From NCBI GenBank assembly GCA_963681965.1, contig OY820579.1, positions 2,944,001-3,008,000 of the forward strand: DNA of 64,000 nucleotides. The letters run 5' to 3'. Position numbers and translations under genes: made by a program. The DNA is from a bacterium. Lineage in GTDB: Bacteria; Electryoneota; JAOADG01. The notes beneath the pieces were generated by a model. The model saw nothing but the letters and a program-made list of their open reading frames with translations. It ran no database searches and was not told the origin of the DNA. Shown here piece after piece: positions 9,785-17,268 of the stretch (position 1 is its first letter; each line of letters begins with the position of its first letter).

Positions 9785-10201
9785 CGTCAACTCCTTGGGA
9801 ATGTCACTCTCTCAACATACAACGAAAAGCCCAACGCAGATAAGCATTGGGCAGCGATTCATTCACTCTACTCATGTAACCAGCGGTCTCCTGATAAACC
9901 TTGATTTTATCATTAGATCGGCATTCGTTGTATTCATGGAAGCAAATCATTGCATCTTATTCCCTTTTCTTTTTCACATTAACTAAGTAATACTAGAAAT
10001 ACAATAGTAAGGTTCATACATCAGAAAATTTCTTAACAAGAAAATAATCCCTTGACTTTGACTCGAAGATTGTCGAGATTGGTGCTAACGGTTATGTGCT
10101 CTGTCCAGTTAGCAGTTTTTGGTCTAAACCGTTAGCAGTTGAGATTATTGACACTTTGTAAGTTTAGGGTTATAAGTGATTTATAGGACAGAGTGAACCC
10201 T

Positions 10202-10359
10202 AGCACCTGCTTTACACGCAGGGGGTCACTGGTTCGAGCCCGGTATCGCCCACACAAAACAGGAACATAATGTTCCTGTTTTTTTGTATTGATCATTCTA
10301 AATCTGACGAATGGGAGTCGAAACGTGTAGAAACCTCGACCAAAGCTAACAAACACAAT
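10202..10359 (+). repeat. 158-bp direct repeat, copy 2 (attR-like; partial tRNA-Val lacking acceptor 5' strand and D-arm)
   Basis: AGCACCTGCTTTACACGCAGG...ATCGCCCA plus terminator and downstream sequence duplicated from 5635-5792. Confidence 0.93.
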
Positions 10360-10784
10360 ACCCCGGAATCTTACTTATTTTTCAATTCCATATTGTCATT
10401 AGAATGATCACACGGTATATTATTATTAGATTTCATCAGATATTCAGTAATTTATTGTAAATTATTAATATTAATTGGTTTGAGGTTTTCTAAGTAACCA
10501 CATTAGCTGATGACACTGTGCGAGGAAGCGATGGTTACAATGGTTCCGATCAATCTTCTGAAGTTGACTCGCTGCTTCTCCAATCACGCATCTCGCGGTG
10601 TTTCAGATTCGTCAACGATGTTGTGTATTGCCTTTTCATGTTCAAATCACTATCTGCCAATTTAGAATTATCATCCAAGTTGGTTGGTGTTATTTTTTCT
10701 TTGAGATCGGTATTTTACCATTAGTTCTAACTTATCCCACTCTGTTCTATGATTCTGCTCGACTTTGATAACTGGGAGGCTATC

Positions 10785-12860
10785 ATGAAACGATTTTTGA
10801 GCATGTTTATTTTGATTGCAATGCTAACATCAGTGGCATTTGCGAATGGTGTTTTAGTCATCGATGGTAGGACTGGAATCTATCTCCGACTGGACAGTAC
10901 AGTCGTCAATGTAGATGTCCAAAGCCAAATCGCGATCACGACTACGACACAATATTATTATAATGCTGGCGCAAGTAACTTTGGAATATTTGCGTTTCCC
11001 TTGCCTGAGCAAGCGAGTGCGGTGCGCTTGCGTACAGGTGTTGCCGGAATCTGGGAAACGGCGCGGATCGATAGTGTTCGACAAGATACGACAATCCCTG
11101 GTGGAACGTCTCCAGCAAATTTAACTACCTATCTGGGACACACTCCCCTATTTTATACCTTACCTCAATATATTCGTCACGATTCGACCATTGCTGTCGA
11201 GCTGACGTATGTTGAACTGCTGCCCTATACCGATGGTAGTGTGAGTTATACTTATCCCAGCGACTATCATTTGATTCAATCGAGTGTAATACAACGCCAA
11301 CGATTTAATTTCAATATTACTTCACCTCGATCGATCGACAGCCTGCTGATGACGAGTTCCCATCCGACAGTGGAGATAACCAATAATGGGACGAGTGGAG
11401 TGATCCGTGTTAGTCTGGTAGAAACCGCGATCAACCAAAACTATGGCGTCAGATACCGTCTCAATGCGAATCAACTTGGTTTATTCGCATACAGTACCAG
11501 TCTTCCAACGGTACCGGATACGCTGGGAAATGGATTTCTCACGTTTATCGCTGAACCCGATCCATCGCAAAACACCCGTGCAATCTCCAAGGTATTCTCG
11601 TTGATTATCGATCGCTCTGGTAGTATGTCCGGCACGAAAATAACCCAAGCGAAAAATGCTGCAACGTTCATCGTAAACAATCTCAACGAAGGCGATCGCT
11701 TCAATCTAATCGATTTCGACGACGCAATCACTTGCTTTCGACCGCGTCATGTGATGTTTACCAATCAGTCGCGTGATTCGGCGTTGACGTATATCAATGG
11801 ATTGTATGCTCGAAACATGACGAGTATTTCCGGTGTTTTCGCGCAAGCCATTCCGCAATTCACTTTTGCGAACGATAGCACAGCGAATATCGTCATTTTC
11901 CTGACGGATGGTCAACCGACAGTCGGAATCACATCCCCAACGACACTCGTCACTTATGTCGATTCCTTGATCAGAGCAGCCGAAACCAATATCTGTTTGT
12001 TCAATTTTGGAATCGGATCCGATGTCAATCGTCAATTACTGGCTCAGATGTCGGCGCATAATCATGGTGTTGCCGAATTCCTTGGCAATGATGAATTGTA
12101 CGCCCGAATCACCAGTTTCTACACTACAATTCGCAATCCGGTGCTGCTCGATAGCCGCATTACATTTACTCCCCCAATTGTCAGCCAAGTCTATCCCGAT
12201 ACGCTGCCGAATTTGTATAAAGGCAAACAGATGATCATCTCGGGACGGTACAGTCAAGCGGCTAACGTTCTGATTACGTTAAGCGGTAATGCTTTTGGCA
12301 ATCCAGTTGCATATAATTACAACGTGCAATTGAATGAAGGTCAAATTGAAAGTAATCAGTTCCTCCCGAAAGTGTGGGCAAAGCGAAAAATCGAATCGTT
12401 GTTAGTGCGATATTATACGTTAAGTCCCACCTCATCGGCGGCGGTAGCACTACGTTCGCAGATCATTCTGATCAGTCAGCAGTATGGTGTGATCAGCCCA
12501 TTTACCAGTTTCTCGGGGAATCCGAATGATGTCGATGAGAATCCCGGAGAAGCGGTTACGGATGCAAAACATCCGGCATCGTTTGAACTTCTCGGTAACT
12601 ATCCGAATCCATTCAATCCGACAACAACGATCAAATTCCGGTTGAATATCAATTATCGGGGTATTGTCGATGTGCGGATTTACAATGTACTCGGACAACT
12701 GATTCGTACTTTGCATGTTCGTGTGAATGGACAAGGCGAATACGAAATCTTGTGGGATGGGTTAGCAGACAACAGTTTGTCGCTCTCCAACGGCACGTAC
12801 TTTTATGCGATCGATATCCAGAACACGATCTTGATGGGCAAGATGAACCTGTTGAAGTAA
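10785..12860 (+). CDS. Secreted VIT + vWA domain protein (inter-alpha-trypsin inhibitor-like) with FlgD/T9SS-like CTD
   Basis: GGAGG RBS, signal peptide, FAFPLPEQA (VIT), DRSGSM MIDAS, FLTDG, KVWAKRKI, YPNPFN tail. Confidence 0.88.
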   Translation: MKRFLSMFILIAMLTSVAFANGVLVIDGRTGIYLRLDSTVVNVDVQSQIAITTTTQYYYNAGASNFGIFAFPLPEQASAVRLRTGVAGIWETARIDSVRQDTTIPGGTSPANLTTYLGHTPLFYTLPQYIRHDSTIAVELTYVELLPYTDGSVSYTYPSDYHLIQSSVIQRQRFNFNITSPRSIDSLLMTSSHPTVEITNNGTSGVIRVSLVETAINQNYGVRYRLNANQLGLFAYSTSLPTVPDTLGNGFLTFIAEPDPSQNTRAISKVFSLIIDRSGSMSGTKITQAKNAATFIVNNLNEGDRFNLIDFDDAITCFRPRHVMFTNQSRDSALTYINGLYARNMTSISGVFAQAIPQFTFANDSTANIVIFLTDGQPTVGITSPTTLVTYVDSLIRAAETNICLFNFGIGSDVNRQLLAQMSAHNHGVAEFLGNDELYARITSFYTTIRNPVLLDSRITFTPPIVSQVYPDTLPNLYKGKQMIISGRYSQAANVLITLSGNAFGNPVAYNYNVQLNEGQIESNQFLPKVWAKRKIESLLVRYYTLSPTSSAAVALRSQIILISQQYGVISPFTSFSGNPNDVDENPGEAVTDAKHPASFELLGNYPNPFNPTTTIKFRLNINYRGIVDVRIYNVLGQLIRTLHVRVNGQGEYEILWDGLADNSLSLSNGTYFYAIDIQNTILMGKMNLLK

Positions 12861-12880
12861 CAATTACGATTGGTTAAATC

Positions 12881-12911
12881 AAACGGGATGTCCACTGGAC
12901 ATCCCGTTTTT
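12881..12911. terminator. Bidirectional intrinsic terminator
   Basis: AAACGGGATGTCC-act-GGACATCCCGTTTTT between convergent genes. Confidence 0.75.
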
Positions 12912-12933
12912 CTTACTATGATTACTTGATCGG

Positions 12934-15078
12934 TTATTTTACGAGTACCAACTTCCTCATTTCAGTTTGTTTGCCCGCCGTTAACCGCGCCAGATAAGTA
13001 CCGGACGATAATTGCTTGCCATCGAATGTTACTCGATAGGTACCGGCATTTTGGTTGAAATCGACCAGATTTGCGACTTCACGCCCGGTCAAGTCGAATA
13101 ACTTGAGTTCGACTTTTTCGCGTTGCGGAATCGAGTAACGGATGGTGGTCGTTGCGTTAAATGGATTGGGATAGTTGGGTAACAATGAGAATTGAGTGGG
13201 CGCGAAAGCAGCGAAATCATCGTGCTGGATATCGGTATTGAGTGAAGAAAAAGAAAAAGTCAGAAAATCATAACCATCAGCGAGATAGATAATATTTCCG
13301 CTGACGAATACATCGCAAGCATTAGATTGAGTGTTGTAAAAACCGACCTCACTTGCCTGTTCTGGGTTACTGATGTTATAAACATATAATCCCGCATATC
13401 TTGCAGCAATAAATATATAATTTTCAGAGATTGCAGCATTCACAACTGCATCGGGAAAATTATACCTTCCAACTGAAAAAGGTGTGCTGGGGTCAGCGAT
13501 GTTTATAATATTCAAACCCCCGAAATAATCAGAAACATATGCGTAATTGCCGTTAACAATCACAGCTACAGCCTGTCCAGGTGTATCAAACCTTCCTACT
13601 CGAGTAGGATTCTCAGGATTTGAAATGTTTAAAATTATTAAGCCTGAATCGCGATCTGCCACATATGCAAAATTATCTACAACGTCTACATCGTATGCTG
13701 CGAATGTGTCAAAATGTCCTACTAGCTGAGGTAAAGATGGCACTGAAGTATTAATTATTCGAAGACCATCGGTGCTATCTGCAATATAAGTGTAATCGCC
13801 TACAACCTTAAGATTCATTGCAACGTCAGGAGTTTGGTATCGAGCAATTTCTGTTTGACTCAATGGATTGGAGATATCCATTATTCGAACACCTGACCGA
13901 TAATCAGCAACGATTGCATAATGATCGGAAATCTCACAGCTCATTGCACCAGTCGGTGGAACTGAATTATGGACAAACACTGGACTAGCAGGATTAGTTA
14001 CATTGTAGATGTTCAATCCACCCCAGAGATTCGATAAATACGCATAATTCCCTGAAACATTTACTGAATGATTCCAGCCATTAATGGTACTCGTAGTCGA
14101 AAGAACACTTAGACCATTTGGACTAGCAGCTCTTCCCCAATTAAGAATCAAAAAATCCGAACCATCTGATAGATAAATGATGCTGTCTCTGACAGCTATA
14201 TTACATGCGATATTCGGAGTATCGTAATGTGCAACAAGTGTAGCATTTTCTGGATGAGTTACGTTATAGATGTATAAACCTGCGTATTTTGCTGCGACAA
14301 ACGCATAATTACCGTAAAGTTGGATATGCACAACAGCGTCAGACATTGGATATTGTCTTACTAAAAATGGTGATCCAGGATTCGAGATATCGATAATACT
14401 AAAACCACCAGTAAAATCCGAAACATACGCATAATGACAATTGACCACGACTGCAACGGCATATCCCACAGTATTATAAACACCAGTTTGAGTGGGATTC
14501 TCAATATCAGAAATATCAATTATTTTGAGACCCTGATCGCGATCGGCAATATAAGCGAAATCGCCTTGGACTTGAACATCATAAGCAGCAAATGTATCAA
14601 AATGACCTAACAACTGCGGACTAGATGGATTTGTAATATCCAGAACTCGAAAACCATCAGTACTGTCAGCAATGTATAATCTGTCACCGATGACTCGTGC
14701 ATTCATCGCTACATCAGGAGTCTGGTAACGTGTAATCTCGACCGGTTGAGCAGGATTCGAAATGTTGATGAATCGCATTCCCGAGCGATAATCGCATACG
14801 TAAGCAATACTATCAACAACTTCGCAACTCATCGCACCTGTTGGGGTATTGCATACTCCTAACAATTGTGGACTAGCTGGGTTGGTAATATCATAAATGC
14901 TTACCCCTCCCCACAAATTGCACAGATATGCACGATTTCCTGTAATATTGACGCCTCGGTTCCATCCCGAACCAATGTAAGTAGACCAAAGTTGAGTGAT
15001 ACCGGTACTAGGTTGCGAGTAGCAAATTGACGACGTAAGAATGAGAAATGAGAGGGCAATAAATCGCACGGTTTTCAT
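12934..15078 (-). CDS. Secreted LVIVD-repeat protein (two tandem propellers) with T9SS-like CTD
   Basis: About 14 AYVADxxxGLxIIDISNP units in two homologous halves; YPNPFN tail; AAGGAG RBS. Confidence 0.88.
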   Translation of the reverse strand: MKTVRFIALSFLILTSSICYSQPSTGITQLWSTYIGSGWNRGVNITGNRAYLCNLWGGVSIYDITNPASPQLLGVCNTPTGAMSCEVVDSIAYVCDYRSGMRFINISNPAQPVEITRYQTPDVAMNARVIGDRLYIADSTDGFRVLDITNPSSPQLLGHFDTFAAYDVQVQGDFAYIADRDQGLKIIDISDIENPTQTGVYNTVGYAVAVVVNCHYAYVSDFTGGFSIIDISNPGSPFLVRQYPMSDAVVHIQLYGNYAFVAAKYAGLYIYNVTHPENATLVAHYDTPNIACNIAVRDSIIYLSDGSDFLILNWGRAASPNGLSVLSTTSTINGWNHSVNVSGNYAYLSNLWGGLNIYNVTNPASPVFVHNSVPPTGAMSCEISDHYAIVADYRSGVRIMDISNPLSQTEIARYQTPDVAMNLKVVGDYTYIADSTDGLRIINTSVPSLPQLVGHFDTFAAYDVDVVDNFAYVADRDSGLIILNISNPENPTRVGRFDTPGQAVAVIVNGNYAYVSDYFGGLNIINIADPSTPFSVGRYNFPDAVVNAAISENYIFIAARYAGLYVYNISNPEQASEVGFYNTQSNACDVFVSGNIIYLADGYDFLTFSFSSLNTDIQHDDFAAFAPTQFSLLPNYPNPFNATTTIRYSIPQREKVELKLFDLTGREVANLVDFNQNAGTYRVTFDGKQLSSGTYLARLTAGKQTEMRKLVLVK

Positions 15079-15277
15079 AGCTTCTCCTTGATTATTTGAT
15101 TAATATTAACATCAACACAATTTCAAGAAGAATCAAGCAATTTATCTTGAGATGACAAAAAAGAATTTAAAAAGTACAATACATGAATTACAAAATTAAT
15201 TATAACTATTTATTATTTAATAGCTACGGTATAAATCACAAATGAATCCTCTTAGAGACTATCTATTTATTTCGGCA

Positions 15278-15829
15278 TTACTTTGATGCACTAACATAAA
15301 ACCGTATTGGTTTAATTTTCATATATTTCGAGCGATTTTGTCGGGCAAAGCGTTCGATTGAAAAGCTCTTAAAACCTGCTTTTTCTAACAACCATTCCAA
15401 ATCTGTTTTAATAAATTCATGGAAATGAGCGCGATACTTTCGTTCAATTAGATGTTCAATTTTGTGATAAGCACAATAACTATCTGGCGTTGTGATATAA
15501 AGACTGCCATTTGGTTTAAGTACACGATGAATTTCACGCATAAAAAACAAAGGATTCATTAGATGTTCAATCAATTCGAAATTTGTTACCACATCGATAC
15601 TGTTATCCTCAAAAGGTAACGGTTCCATGTCTAAGTCAATATCTAATACTAGAGGGTGAATCTGAAATTGTTCCTCGAGTAAATCCCGTAGCTTATTTGT
15701 TCCAGATCCAGCATCGTACCATTTTCCAGAAATCTTAACTTTATCTTTCAAGAAAAAATACTTGTCATCTCCTGCCACTGTTTCGTGACAACCACGTTCC
15801 TCGTGGTACAATGTTCGGAACAATTTCAT
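15278..15829 (-). CDS. Class I SAM-dependent methyltransferase (Methyltransf_11-like)
   Basis: YDAGSG motif I, LPFEDNSIDVV, IEHLMNP, RVLKPNG. Confidence 0.85.
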   Translation of the reverse strand: MKLFRTLYHEERGCHETVAGDDKYFFLKDKVKISGKWYDAGSGTNKLRDLLEEQFQIHPLVLDIDLDMEPLPFEDNSIDVVTNFELIEHLMNPLFFMREIHRVLKPNGSLYITTPDSYCAYHKIEHLIERKYRAHFHEFIKTDLEWLLEKAGFKSFSIERFARQNRSKYMKIKPIRFYVSASK

Positions 15830-15879
15830 TTTCTTTCCTCAGATAAGTCTTGGATTCTACTTTTAATAAATCAATCTAG

Positions 15880-16518
15880 TTAAGAATGTTCACCAACGAC
15901 AAAGTCCATCGTTGCAACGCGGTACTTCAATCGTCGGGCTAACGACGCGATATTCTGGGCATACATAAAGTCGTGACCCCACTTCTCCTGCCATTCCGCG
16001 CTTGCTACCAGTTTGGCATTCACCACAAAATTCAACGAATCGACTTCAGGATAACGTGGCGCATCGGCTAGATTTCGGGGAATGATCGAATTTCCTTTCA
16101 TTCCGAACAATCGCTCATTCCGATGGACATCCTTCACATTGGCAAATAAAATGCCGGTATCGTCCGACAACGCTTGTTCCAAAGCCGAAAATGCTCCCGG
16201 ATAATATACATTATCGTGATCGAAAAACCAGACCCACCCTTGTTCAATCTTCTCAATGGCGCGATTGCGTTGATAAATACCCCACACTGCCGTGCGCGGG
16301 GAAGAATAAACCTCTAGAGTGTACCAGTCAGGTGGTTTCGCGATTGTGAACTGCGGATCGGCATCGCCATCAAACACAACGATATGTCGCACCTGAAAAT
16401 GATGGTTTTGTTGCTGGATGATCGACTCTATTCCACGTTTCAGAACACCGTGAAATCGCGGGTAGTTGTAAGTAGGAGTGACAATATTCAGTAGCGTCTT
16501 CGTCACGAGTGGTATCAT
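15880..16518 (-). CDS. GT-A fold (family 2-like) glycosyltransferase
   Basis: IVTPTYN, IVVFDG, RNRAI, WFFDHDN (DxD), GHDF. Confidence 0.8.
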   Translation of the reverse strand: MIPLVTKTLLNIVTPTYNYPRFHGVLKRGIESIIQQQNHHFQVRHIVVFDGDADPQFTIAKPPDWYTLEVYSSPRTAVWGIYQRNRAIEKIEQGWVWFFDHDNVYYPGAFSALEQALSDDTGILFANVKDVHRNERLFGMKGNSIIPRNLADAPRYPEVDSLNFVVNAKLVASAEWQEKWGHDFMYAQNIASLARRLKYRVATMDFVVGEHS

Positions 16519-17192
16519 CCTCGCGGCAGTTCGGGATAATTCCCGATGGTGGTTAGTACTTGAAAATTCTCGAAGCCGTAATGACGACTAAAGTAGGTCA
16601 GATTTTCTTCGAACATGAAATCGGCGGTGGGACGTCGTTGAAAGTCGACCAGATGCGAAAGTGCACCATTCCACAAAAATCCAAAGATCGAATGTTGCGG
16701 TACTCCTCCCCACTGATCGGACCGATAATCGGGATCGTCGCCAGCGGCTGAATTAACTTGAAAGCGCAGCGTTCCAGCGCTTGCTCTAAGCTGATTTCGA
16801 ATACCCGAGAATGCCTGTTCATTGAATTCACATCCGGCAGGAACGATCATCACCCAACCGCTAGTAAGCGTATGGATAGCGGCATTACGCAACGCAGTTT
16901 CATCTCGTGCTGTTCCCGGTACAATCAGCCACGATTGCCGGTACCATTCAGGCAATTGAGCGGGTTGCGACAATTTCACTTCACCGGAAGCGACCAGAAG
17001 ATGTCGAACCTGAAACGGATGATTCGTCTGTGATACAATACTCTCAATCGTTTGCGAGACTCGCTTGACCGATTCATCATCCGGAATAACAGGAGTGATC
17101 AGCGTCAGTTCGTTGCCGATAACTCCCGATAATCGCTTCAATATCGTCCGGATTCGCCACCAATAATACACCCTCATTCTTCGATTTATCAT
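16515..17192 (-). CDS. Degenerate GT2-like paralogue lacking the DxD motif
   Basis: LITPV, IESIVSQTNHPFQVRH, RNAAI, GWV shared with 15880-16518; VPAG replaces FDHD; ATGA overlap with the downstream gene. Confidence 0.6.
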   Translation of the reverse strand: MINRRMRVYYWWRIRTILKRLSGVIGNELTLITPVIPDDESVKRVSQTIESIVSQTNHPFQVRHLLVASGEVKLSQPAQLPEWYRQSWLIVPGTARDETALRNAAIHTLTSGWVMIVPAGCEFNEQAFSGIRNQLRASAGTLRFQVNSAAGDDPDYRSDQWGGVPQHSIFGFLWNGALSHLVDFQRRPTADFMFEENLTYFSRHYGFENFQVLTTIGNYPELPRG

Positions 17193-17268
17193 GGTTGCCA
17201 GCGAATCCTACGTTATTCGATGTCTTAAATATACTGTCCTAACAGGTTGAATGCTTCACGAAATCCAG

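Larger units (their letters stand above)
5635..10359. mobile_element. Degenerate integrative island at tRNA-Val (no integrase remaining)
   Basis: Bounded by direct repeats containing the tRNA 3' part; contains an IS3 element and one secreted-protein gene. Confidence 0.7.

Noticed and set aside
10202-10252. Second tRNA-Val gene
   Set aside because: Lacks the 5' acceptor strand and D-arm; it is the att duplication.
7250-15078. Diversity-generating retroelement acting on repeat proteins
   Set aside because: No reverse transcriptase and no near-identical template/variable repeat pair with adenine-specific differences was seen.
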